A stretch of DNA of 64,000 nt from Malacoraja senta (taxonomy: Eukaryota). Each line of letters opens with the position of its first letter. Position 1 is the stretch's first letter. The DNA is taken from contig CM075995.1 in the NCBI GenBank assembly GCA_038087875.1, positions 5,086,001 through 5,150,000 on the forward strand, given 5' to 3'. Made by a program: the position numbers and the translations under genes. A model generated the notes under the pieces. It was not told the origin of the DNA and ran no database searches. It saw only the letters and a list, made by a program, of their open reading frames with translations. Positions 1-10,760 of this stretch are shown here, one piece after another.

Positions 1-1081
1 TTCACCACCATGTGTAGGATGAACGAAAGAACTGGGGAGAATGATTGAAATTGTATGTGGATTAACAGCCACATTGGAAAATTGTTGGAATAGCACAGGA
101 ACTCATCCTAAACGTTAAAGATAACAGAGGGGTTTGTAACATTCAATGAAATGCAATCATTGCAATACATACGCCTTCTGTACCTATTATTGTTTAGGTA
201 ACTTTGGGTGGTTATGTTTTGCACAAAATGCAGCACCATAAATATTATTTTGAAATTGCAACTCTTCACAGATTTTGCAAACAACAATTTATTTAGGATA
301 CCTTGGCGTTGACTCTTCTAATTATATAAATGTTGGAAATAATTATGTGGGCTTAAGTAATTCAATTGAACTGAATCCATGGTCACCTGTTGTACAATTG
401 TTCAATTTGGGCAGATTTCCAAACATGATTGCTTTAGACTCTTACAAGATAGAAGAGCGCTATTTAGCTCATTGCACCTGCTTTAGTTTACAAAGGGCTT
501 AGTTATTGGTCCCACAATCCATGTCTTTAAATTTTGTTTTCAAATATCAATTCACCTCTTTTGGATGGTATTATCAATTCAGCATCTAATATTGTAGGCA
601 ATTGATCTAACAACCATCCATAATAAAAAAAATCTTAACCTTACCCTTCATAATTCTTAAATTTAAGCCCTACCATTTGAGCTACAACAATCAATTAAAA
701 AAAATTTTTTTTTTAGTTTTATTCTTATCATTTTAAACAGCTAAATTAGTTATTTTAATAATCTTCTTAACCGATAAAATGAGATCAAATTGTTCAATTC
801 TCTTCTCATAACTGAAATCTATTCATCCCATGTATTGTTTCAATGAACATCTATGACACTCTATCCGTAGCCTAGACCTCTTTTCTGATGGACAAAGCTA
901 AAAATTTGACGCAACATGCTAACAGCTGCCAAATCCTGGGTTGACTTTCTAAATGCTTACTCTTTAAAAGAAAAAAAGGGAAGACCACATAATTCTTTTA
1001 ATAAAGCTTCATTGACTAGTCCGATCACTTTTGAAGATTTGAATTTCAAATTCTCACCATGCCTCTATTGTCCCTGGAGTT

Positions 1082-1216
1082 CTTCTTGCATATGGAGTGC
1101 ACAGCCTAAAGTTGTAGGACAATTTGTTCTATTTGATCTTATTTGATTGTGCACGCCAGGTTGATTGCATTAGTTGAAACAGGGCGGACCACGTGAAGGT
1201 TGCAATCTCCCACCCC
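1082..1216 (-). mobile_element. Short SINE-like element headed by an HDV-like ribozyme (copy 1)
   Basis: Near-identical to 47584-47708. Flanked by an 11-bp direct repeat with 1 mismatch (TCCCTGGAGTT 1071-1081 / TCCCTTGAGTT 1217-1227). Minus-strand 3' end has a long stem-loop and a CAAGAAG tail. Confidence 0.85.
1163..1216 (-). ncRNA. HDV/CPEB3-like self-cleaving ribozyme with minimal P4 (copy 1)
   Basis: Minus strand: GGGGUGG(P1) GA GAUUGCA(P2) ACC(P3) UUCACGU(L3) GGU(P3') CCGCCCU(P1') G UUUCAA C UAA UGCAAUC(P2'). Nested double-pseudoknot order, G1-U wobble, putative catalytic C at 1173. Confidence 0.8.
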
Positions 1217-1289
1217 TCCCTTGAGTTATAAGGTCATTAGGCTTTCTTTGTAATTAACCAGAGAACATACACAGAACATAGAATTATAC

Positions 1290-1496
1290 AACAAATGACA
1301 CAAATTGCTGGAGTAACTCAGCAGGTCAGGCAGCATCCCTGGAGAACATGGATATGTGATGTTTCTGGTTGAGACCTTTCTTCAGCTTGAAATGTCATCT
1401 ATCCATGTTCTCCAGGGATGATGCCTGACCTGCTGAGTTACTTCAGCACTTTGTGTCCATTTGTGTATTAACCAGCATCTGCAGTCCTTTGTTTCT
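1290..1496. mobile_element. Palindromic Penelope-derived mini-element (degenerate hammerhead region)
   Basis: Long inverted arms ~1297-1459. 14-bp TSD with 1 mismatch (ACATAGAATTATAC 1276-1289 / ACATAAAATTATAC 1497-1510). Homologous to the Penelope 3' end at 50990-51120. Confidence 0.75.
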
Positions 1497-2329
1497 ACAT
1501 AAAATTATACGGCACAAGAACAGGTCCTTTGGCTCACCATGTCTCTGCCGGACAGGATGCCAATTTAAACTGCACATCAGCCTGTACATTATTGATATCC
1601 CTCTATTTCCTGTCTGTTAATGTGTCTAAATACCTCAAAAGTTACTCAGTCTGTTTCCCTGGCAACAGTTTCAAAGTACCTATCACTCATTGTGTAAAAT
1701 AAATTGCCTTGTAAACTCCTTTAAGACTTCCCCCATCTCACTTGAAACATATGACCTCTAGAATTTAACATTTTCACCCTAGGAAAAAGACTCAGACTAT
1801 CTACCATATCTAAACCTCACAAATTTTATATTCTTCGATCAGATCTCTTCAGCCTCCGATGTCCCAGAGAAAACAATCCAAATGTGTCTAGTACCTCATA
1901 CTCTCTAATCCAGGGAACATCCTGGTGAAGCATTCTTATACTTTCTCCAATGTCTCCACATCCTTCCAATAATGTGGCAACCGGAACTGCACACAAAATA
2001 CAGGTGCAACGTGACTTCTCAACTCTTAAACTCAGTGTCCTGACCGATGAAGGCAAGCATACCATACCTTCTTTACCACCTAATCCACATATGTTGCCAC
2101 TTTGAAGGAGTTTGGATTTGTACATCACTCTCTGAAGGGATCAAAGGGCTCTGCCAGTTGCTGTGTATTTTCCTCTTACTCTTTGGGTCAGCACAATGGG
2201 GCAGCTGGTAGGTTTGCTGCCTCGCAGTGGCAGAAATGTTGGTTTGTTTCCCTCCTTAGATTCTGCCTGGTTGTTAAGTTCCTCCAGCGCTTTGGTTTTG
2301 GCTCAAGGTTCCATAATCTGCAGCCGCTG

Positions 2330-2950
2330 GTGTCTCTAAGAGAGAAAGCAAGTTCTAAGTTGCAGAGAGGTGGGAATGATGGGACAAAGGGAATATCTCT
2401 GATAGGATGAGGCCAGAGTTGTGTTCTAAAAAAAGTGTTGAAGCCATCTGGTTGATAGATTAACGAGGACTGTTGGAGAAAGGGAACATAAACAAAGAAA
2501 TGTGTAAAATCTGTGAAATGCTTGGGTGGTCAGACCATGCTAGTAGAGAGAGAGAAATATAGAGTCAATATTATAGATGGATAATCTACAGAAGAGCTAA
2601 TCAGTTATAAACCAAACAGAGGAAGTAACAAAAAATTGGGGTTGTTCCTTACATCAGGCCTTGTTATGAGCCCCATGGACAGCTGGTCATCGTGGGTGTG
2701 AGCTGGAGAATAAAAAAGAGAGGCTGAGATATGCGAATACGGATTTAATGTTGGTGCTTTGCAAAGCAGTCAGCCAATTTACAGTTGGCTTCTTTAGTGC
2801 AGAGTAGACCACATCTTGAACACCGAATGCTGTACATTGGATTGAGAATTGCAGAGGGAATAATTCCCTTATAGAGCTGAAAGGGGAGGGGACCAGGTGG
2901 TCTGGTGATAGAATCTCTCTAATGAATGAAATGGTGTCATCCATCACCTT
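2330..2950 (-). mobile_element. Old Penelope-like fragment (degenerate GIY-YIG and 3' region)
   Basis: Minus-strand translation near 2750-2850 gives NPMYSIRCSRCGLLCTKEANCKLADCFAKH, matching the GIY-YIG segment at 50630-50700. The 2350-2415 segment recurs near 39808-39872. Confidence 0.55.
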
Positions 2951-3077
2951 TCCTCAGGATTGGACTATTTGGTTTTGCGGTGTAGGATATTGAAAAACTG
3001 CAAATGCTCAGTATGCAAGAAGAAAGGGGAGAAAATAGAAAAGTTATTACTTTAAGTCAAAAGCATGTTTGAAACAA

Positions 3078-4331
3078 TCATAGAAACGTAGAAACATAGA
3101 AAATAGGTGCAGGAGTAGGCCATTCGGCCCTTTGAGCCTGCACCGCCATTCAATATAATCATGGCTGATCATCCAACTCAGTATCCCGTACCTGCCTTCT
3201 CTCCATACCCCCTGATCCCTTTAGCCACAAGGGCCACATCTAACTCCCTGTTAAATATAGCCAATGAACTGGCCTCAACTACCTTCTGTGGCAGAGTTCC
3301 AGAGATTCACCACTCTCTGTATGAAAACAGTTTTTCTCATCTCGGTCCTAAAGGATTTCCCCTCTATCCTTAAGCTGTGACCCCTTGTCCTGGACTTCCC
3401 CAACATCGGGAACAATCTTCCTGCATCTAACCTGTCCAACCCCTTAAGAATTTTGTAAGTTTCTATAAGATCCCCCCTCAATCTCCTAAATTCTAGCGAG
3501 TACAAGCCGAGTCTATCCAGTCTTTCTTCATATGAAAGTCCTGACATCCCAGGAATCAGTCTGGTGAACCTTCTCTGCACTCCCTCTATGGCAATAATGT
3601 CCTTCCTCAGATTTGGAGACCAAAACTGTACGCAATACTCCAGGTGTGGTCTCACCAAGACCCTGTACAACTGCAGTAGAACCTTCCTGCTCCTATACTC
3701 AAATCCTTTTGCTATGAATGCTAACATACCATTCGCTTTCTTCACTGCCTGCTGCACCTGCATGCCTATTTTCAATGACTGGTGTACCATGACACCCAGG
3801 TCTCGTTGCATCTCCCCTTTTCCTAATCGGCCACCATTTAGATAATAGTCTGCTTTCCTGTTTTTGCCACCAAAGTGGATAACCTCACATTTATCCACAT
3901 TATACTGCAACTGCCATGCATTTGCCCACTCACCCAGCCTATCCAAGTCACCTTGCAGCCTCCTAGCATCCTCCTCACAGCTAACACTGCCCCCCAGCTT
4001 AGTGTCATCCGCAAACTTGGAGATGTTGCATTCAATTCCCTCGTCCAAATCATTAATATATATTGTAAATAGCTGGGGCCCAGCACTGAGCCTTGCGGTA
4101 CCCCACTAGTCACTGCCTGCCATTCTGAAAAGGACCCGTTTACTCCTACTCTTTGCTTCCTGTTTGCCAGCCAGTTCTCTATCCACATCAATACTGAACC
4201 CCCAATACCATGTGTCTGAAGAAGGGTTTCGGCCCGAAACGTTGCCTATTTCCTTCGCTCCATAGATGCTGCTGCACCCGCTGAGTTTCTCCAGCATTTT
4301 TGTGTACCATGTGCTTTAAGTTTGTATACTA
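3078..4331 (-). mobile_element. CR1 LINE, 5'-truncated (RT C-terminal half and 3' tail)
   Basis: ORFs 3275-4048 and 3838-4191 contain SGVPQGSVLG, SKFADDTKL and LVRPHLEYCVQFW. (TTTCTATG)n tail near 3081-3100. Very similar to 60267-61410. Interrupted at 4215-4304. Confidence 0.95.
4215..4304 (+). mobile_element. 90-bp hammerhead-bearing Penelope mini-element inserted into CR1
   Basis: Perfect 9-bp TSD TACCATGTG (4206-4214 / 4305-4313). The uninterrupted CR1 site is visible at 61381-61410. Begins T-CTGAAGA-A-GGGTTTCGGCCC-GAAACGTT. Confidence 0.85.
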
Positions 4332-5296
4332 ATCTATAATAATTATAATGCTATTTTATTTATTATACAATCCATATGTAATTAAGCCTGTTGAAAGCAA
4401 TAATATAACATCAATTTTGCACATAATGCAATGGACCCAGAGTATAAATTTTGGGCTTCAACTATGAAATTGTCATCAATGAACAAGATAATCAGTAAAT
4501 CAAAACTCTGTGAATTTTTTCAACACTGATACACATAATCTGCCTTAGATGTAATACTGGCACCAAATTCACAGAGAAGTTGTTGAACATTATTGGACAG
4601 CAAATCTCATTATAGTTTCATGCAGCTTCTACTCCAGTTCTGCTGGAATTCAGTCAATGCCCTCTAGTGGATTACTTGTCCTTCAATTGTTTTTTTTTTA
4701 ATGCAACTAAAAGTACAGGCGAATTCCATCAAATTGTATGTATAAATTAATACCAATTAACTCAACTTAGCTCATAAAAAGTAGACAATGCTCCCATCAT
4801 TGTGGATTTATTTTCCGTCATTGATTTTGGCTGGTCAGAATCAACTGCCACATTTATTTTTACATTCTTTGCACTGTGTCTGAATTCAAGTAGACATAAC
4901 TGAAAAATCATGGTTCCTTTTTTTAATTTTTTTTTATTTATTAGAAGTACATTACATTACAACCACATACATTAGTACTCGTCACATGTCTTCTTACAAT
5001 TAATGTACTCCATTTGTTTTTTACACTAGTAAAAGGAAAGGATAAGATTGAAAGAAAGAAGAAAGTGAAGGAAAAAGTGAGAGTGTAGAAAATGTGACAA
5101 CAAAAAAGGACGAAGACCCTATTAAAAACAAAAGAAAAAGAGTTAAGAAATAGACCCTAGAAAAGAAGGAGAAAGAGAAAGAGGAAAAAGAGAGAAACAA
5201 ATATTTTTTATGAGCATTACGCAAATGGGACATACCAACTCTTCTACTATCATCCCCCATTACCTGACCTCAATTTTTTTAAGGTACCTTTGCACC

Positions 5297-8200
5297 CTAT
5301 ATTTGTAATAATTCTATAAATGCAGACCACGTCAGGTGGAAGTGATCTGGTTTACCTGCCAGGAGGAGTCTTATCTCTTCTAGGTGTAATGTTTCGAACA
5401 TATTTGAAATCCACATGTTTATAGTTGGTATTGGAGCCTTCTTCCCAAATTTTAGGATTAGCTTTTTTCCAGTTATTAACCCATAGTCTATTAGTTTCTT
5501 TTGAAACACATTTAGTTCTGGACCATCTTCCGTTATTCCGAAGATAATCCATTCTGCTTTGGGTATCAGTTTTATTTTAAATAATTTTGTAAAGATTTCG
5601 AAAATTTCATTCCAAAATTTTTGAATTTTTGTACAGAAAACAAATGAGTGCGCTATAGTAGCTTCTTGGGATTGACATTTATCACAAATAGATGATACAT
5701 TTGGGAAAATTTTATGGATTTTAGTTTTGGAATAATATAATCTATGTAAAATTTTAAATTGTATTAAAGTGTGTCTTACATTAATCGAACATTTATGCAC
5801 GTTTAATAAGTGTTCATTCCAACTTTCCTTTGAAATTTTAATAGCTAACTCTTGTTCCCAGTCTCTTCTGATACCCTCCGTAGATGGTATTTCTACATTT
5901 AAGATAATATTATACAAATATGATATTAAGTTTGCTGATTCAGCTTTTATCTGCATTGCCTCATCCAATACATCTGCTGGGTTATTATAATGATCTTTTG
6001 TATATTTTTTCAAATAGTCGCATATTTGAAAATATTTAAAATATTGATTATTTCCAAGTTTATATTTTATTTGTAATTGTTGAAATGAAAGTAATTTTCC
6101 AGTTTCATACAAGTCACCGAACGTTTTAATTCCTAGTCTATCCCAATGTGTAAAAGCTTTATCTATAATAGAGGGATTAAACGAAGGGTTATTAACTATG
6201 GGTAATAAAAGTGATAAATTTCTTAATTTTAAATTTTGTTTTATTTGTTTCCAAATTCGGATTGTGCTATGAATAATTGGGTTCTTATTATAATTTATAT
6301 TATTCAGTTTCATTGGAGAGAGGAGGATCGCTCCAATGTTTCCAGAGGAGCAATCCTCTTTCTCCATTACAATCCAGTCCACTTGCTGGGCGGAGTTATC
6401 CATCAGTTGAATCATATTTTTAATATTTACTGACCAATAATAATACATAAAATTAGGTAGTGCTAAACCCCCTAATACTTTAGGTTTATTCAGGTGAGTT
6501 TTTTGTATTCTATGTGATTTATAGTCCCATATAAAATTAGTGATATCTGAGTCGAGTTTTTTTTTAAACTTCTTTGGTAAGTATATAGGAATCGATTGAA
6601 ATAGGTATAAAATTTGTGGTAGAAAGATCATTTTTATTGCATTTATTCGGCCTATTAAAGACATCGGGAGCGTTTTCCAGAATTTAATTAGTGTGTTTAA
6701 TTTATTAAGTAGGGGATCAAAATTTGCCTTAAACATACCTTGATATGTTCTAGTAATTTTGATTCCCAAGTATTTAAATTTTTCTGTAGCTATTTTAAAA
6801 GGGAATTTTAAAAGATGTGTTGAATCTTTCGGTTTTATTGACATAATTTCACTTTTATTCCAATTTATTCTATATCCAGAAAAAGATCCAAAGTCTTCAA
6901 TTAAATTTAATATATTTGGTATAGTGATTTGAGGTTTTGTAATGTACAGTAATATATCATCCGCGTATAAAGATATTTTATTATATGAATCTTTAGTATT
7001 ATATCCATGGATATCAGGGTGTATTCTAATTTTTTCTGCTAGCGGTTCAATAATGAGAGCAAACAGCTGTGGTGATAATGAGCATCCTTGTCTATTTCCC
7101 CTTGATAGTTGGAATTTCGAGGATAATATGTTATTAGTTAATATTCTAGCTGTAGGTTTATTATATAGTAATTTGATCCATAGAATAAAATTCTCTCCCA
7201 GTTGGAATTTTTGTAATACTTTATCCATATAATTCCATTCTACTTGGTCAAATGCTTTTTCAGCATCCAGCGAAATAATTGATTTGTGTGAGTGCATTAT
7301 GTTGAGTAAACGTCTCATATTGTTAGATGAGTATCTCTTAGGGATAAACCCCGTCTGATCTGGGTTTATTAATTTACTAATGTATTTACTTAATCTTCTA
7401 GCTAATGTTTTCGCTAATATTTTTTGATCTGTGTTTAACAATGCTATAGCTCTATATGAACCCGGTTCTTCTAAATCTTTGTCTTTCTTAAGTATTAGTG
7501 TAATCGTTGATGTATCAGGTAGTATTTGTTTTTTAAAAGCATATTGGTACATTTTTTGTAATCTTGGTATTATTTTATCATAAAAGCTTTTATAAAATTC
7601 ATTAGTAAATCCATCAGGACCTGGTGTTTTTCCATTCTTTAGTGAGTTTATTGTATCTTCTAATTCCTTAATTGAAATTTGTGCACCCAATTCCTCTTGT
7701 TCCTTCAGCTCTAACTTTGGAACATTACAATTATCCAAAAACTTTGTGATATTATTGGAATCAATTGTCGTTTTAGATGTATACAAATTCTCATAAAATT
7801 GCGCAAATCTTTTATTAATATCCTTCGGTGTTGTTAATAATTCCCCTTTATCTGATTTATTCTTTGGGATAGTATGTTCCTTTTCTCGTTTTTTTAGCTG
7901 GCAAGCCAAAAGTTTATGCGGTTTATCCCCAAATTCAAAGTGCTCTTGTTTTGTAATTTGAAAAAGTCTTATAAGTTTGGCAGATAATAATTTATTTAAT
8001 ATAAATTTCAAAATTATTATTTTATTATGTTTATCTATTGATGGATCTTTAGCATTATCTATATCCATTTGTCTAATAAGTTCTTCTAACTGTCTTTGTT
8101 CATTCTTATTCTTTTTATTTTGAAAAGCTTGATATGAAATTATAATACCCCTAATGTATGCTTTAAAAGATTCCCATAATACAGTAGACGATATATCTGG

Positions 8201-9040
8201 AGTATCATTTATTTGAAAAAAGGCATCCATTTGTTCTTTTAAATATATACTCGCTTGTGGATCTTTTAGAATTTGAGAATTAAATCTCCAAAACGATTTA
8301 TTCTTAAACATTCCTTCCAGTTTTAAAAAGAAAGTTAGTGGAGAATGGTCTGAAATCGAATTTGTATGGTAAGTTGGGTTAAATGTTTGAGGGATTAATT
8401 TTGTATCCAGCATGAAGTAATCTATACGTGAGTATGTCTTATGTACCATTGAATAAAACGAGTATTCCCTGCCAGTTGGATTAACAATTCTCCAAACATC
8501 TGCTATATTAGTATTGTTTATATAAGTATTGAGAAGTTCCCCGGTTTTCGATTTCATATTCCCTCTCTATTTTTGGCTTGATTTACCTAAGTACGGATCT
8601 AAAACACAGTTAAAGTCTCCTCCTATTATAACATTTTGATAGTTAAACTCTGCAATTATGTTGAAAATTTTATTGAAAAAGTGGGGGTTGTCAAAGTTAG
8701 GGGTATATATATTTACCAAGGTAAGTGGAGTATCATGAATTTCTCCATTAACTATTAAGTATCTCCCTTCTATATCTGTTATGATATTCTTTGCTTTAAA
8801 TGGTATACCTTTTCTTATAATGATTGACGTGCCTCTGGATTTCGAAGTGAATGTATGTTTGACCTATCCATTTCGCCCTCAACCTAGCTTGATCCTGAGA
8901 TTTTAAGTGTGTTTCTTGTAAGAAGATAATGTCAGAGTTGTACAATTTCAGTTGAGCTAGTATCTTACCCCTTTTAATAGGTTCGTTAATACCTCTTATT
9001 ATTCCAACTACAAAAAATGAGATTCCTCCTAGGTTCTTTT
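5297..9040 (-). pseudogene. L1 ORF2 (APE endonuclease-RT), disabled near its 5' end
   Basis: 1086-aa open segment at 5297-8557. Upstream, GGDFNCVLDPYLGKSSQK is followed by an in-frame TAG just before 8557, and there is a frameshift near 8830-8850 after IIFLQETHLK. Confidence 0.88.
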
Positions 9041-9887
9041 GTTTAGTATCATGCATTTTGAATAATTATAGTACCTTTAAATCTTGTGGTGCATCCATAT
9101 CCCAGGTCTTTGGGTATTGGGGGAACTTTTGAATTTTTAAGTTTTGTTGGTATATCCATTTTACGCTTATCACTAAACACAAAACACAAACATGAGAGTT
9201 TATGTGGTAATAAAAAAAAAACGAAAAAAGTGAAAATACAGTGTCTAATATAGTCGGCACTGTAGCGAGTGTCCCACCTGTAGGTGGGAAAAAACCTTGT
9301 TTCGACTTCCATTGTGATGTTAAACAAATAGCTCCGCTCTCTTGGTTGATCATAACATATTAAAATATTAAAACGGGGCCTCACATTCAGATATATAATA
9401 CAATTTTACCCTATATATTTCATTATAACATATCATATATATATCGCAATTTTAGCTACTAATTATTAAACCGATACTTTTGACTTCAATAAGAATCAAC
9501 TGTTGGTTGAAGGGGTTAACGAGACGTGCCCCTGGACCTAAGCCAGGTGCTCGTTTCTCATCCCTTCCTCCCACTTATAAATAAGGTTTCAATTTATTAA
9601 AAATTCATATTAGTATGTTAGTTCGTTATTTTTTATTTTTATTTTTGTAAGTATTCTAATCTAACATGAATAACGTATTAAGTTATAAATTCTTACAATT
9701 GGTTTTAATATTATAATCTAATAAACAAGTAAATGCTTCTGGTATATACCATTCCCGTCTGTTCAGCTGTTTACTCATTTTGAACAGAAAGTGTCCTTGA
9801 TTCAACATTCCAAAGATAACAGTCTAGCTATCCCCAGACAAAGCATTGCTTAGAATGGTTCAGATCTGCCAAACCCCCATTTGATTT

Positions 9888-10175
9888 CTATTTTTCAACG
9901 ATAGTTTTGGCATATTTGAACGCGTCTTCAGGCTTAACAAATGACTTTTCAGAACCCTTGAAGGAAATACGCATTTTCGCTGGATAAAAAACTCCATATC
10001 TGATCCCTTCTTTCCCTCTTAAAAGATCCTTAACCTTCTCGAATTTGTTTCTTTTTTGCACAATTTCATACGGGTAGTCCCTGAATATCTTGATAGTGTC
10101 ATTGTCCAGCCGCAGTTGCAAATCATGGTTACTGTACTGATTCTTGGAGTACCTGAATTTCCCAATGTTTTTCAT
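9888..10175 (-). pseudogene. L1 ORF1p C-terminal fragment
   Basis: IKIFRDYPYEIVQKRNKF...RYGVFYPAKMRISF resembles the ORF1p C-terminal domain; lies upstream of ORF2 on the same strand. Confidence 0.75.
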
Positions 10176-10454
10176 TAATCCCTTGGAACACCCAACTCTT
10201 TTTATTGTCTTGTTTATTTACTCATTCTTTGCCGAGATCAACTCTGATTTCTCACAAGTTGAAATGTTGGTAGCCTGTGGTGTGGCACGTTTCATTTATA
10301 CCTCTCTCAAGCATATCCATATTGGTCTGACTATAAATAATTTTTAGTAGGATTGTTGAATGACTTTGTTTAAAAAATCTAATCCCAATTAATTGATCTG
10401 ACTATAAATATTTTTAGTAGGATTGTTGAATCCTACTAGTATTAATCTAATTAG

Positions 10455-10760
10455 GTCAGGGACGGTGTGGTAGCGCAGCAGTAGAGTTGCTGCCTTATAG
10501 CACCAAAGACCCGGGTTTGATCCTGACTACGGGTGCTGTCTGTACGTTCTCCCCGTGACCTGCGTGGGTTTTCTCCGAGATCTTCGGTTTCCTCCCACAC
10601 TCCAAAGATGTACGGGTTCGTAGGTTGATTGGCTTGGTATAAATGTAAAAATAGTCCCAAGTGTGTGTAGGATAGTGTTAATGTGCAGGGGTCGTTGGTC
10701 GGTGCGGATTCGGTGGGCTGAAGGGCCTTTTTCCGCACTGTACCTCTTAACTAAACTAAA
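10455..10760 (+). mobile_element. tRNA-derived SINE (HE1/V-SINE-like)
   Basis: A/B-box-like head (GGTAGCGCAGCAGTAG; GGGTTTGATCC), central TGCGTGGGTTTTCTCC...GGTTTCCTCCCACACTCCAAAGA core, (CTAAA)n tail. Related copies at 58950-59210 (+), 56985-57245 (-) and 37230-37520 (-). Confidence 0.8.

Larger units (their letters stand above)
4918..10180 (-). mobile_element. L1-clade LINE, truncated within ORF1, with near-intact ORF2
   Basis: From 5' to 3': ORF1 C-terminal fragment (9888-10175), ~830-bp spacer, APE domain (FLQETH, GGDFN, SRIDY, SDHSP), RT (YADD), Cys-rich CDKC...H...C, then AATAAA and an A-rich tail near 4918-4942. Confidence 0.93.

Noticed and set aside
10327..10431. ~35-bp direct repeat near the L1 5' end
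   Set aside because: Both copies lie on one side of the L1, so it is not a TSD; probably a local duplication.
10460..10535. tRNA gene
   Set aside because: It is the tRNA-derived head of a SINE and continues into the SINE core and tail.
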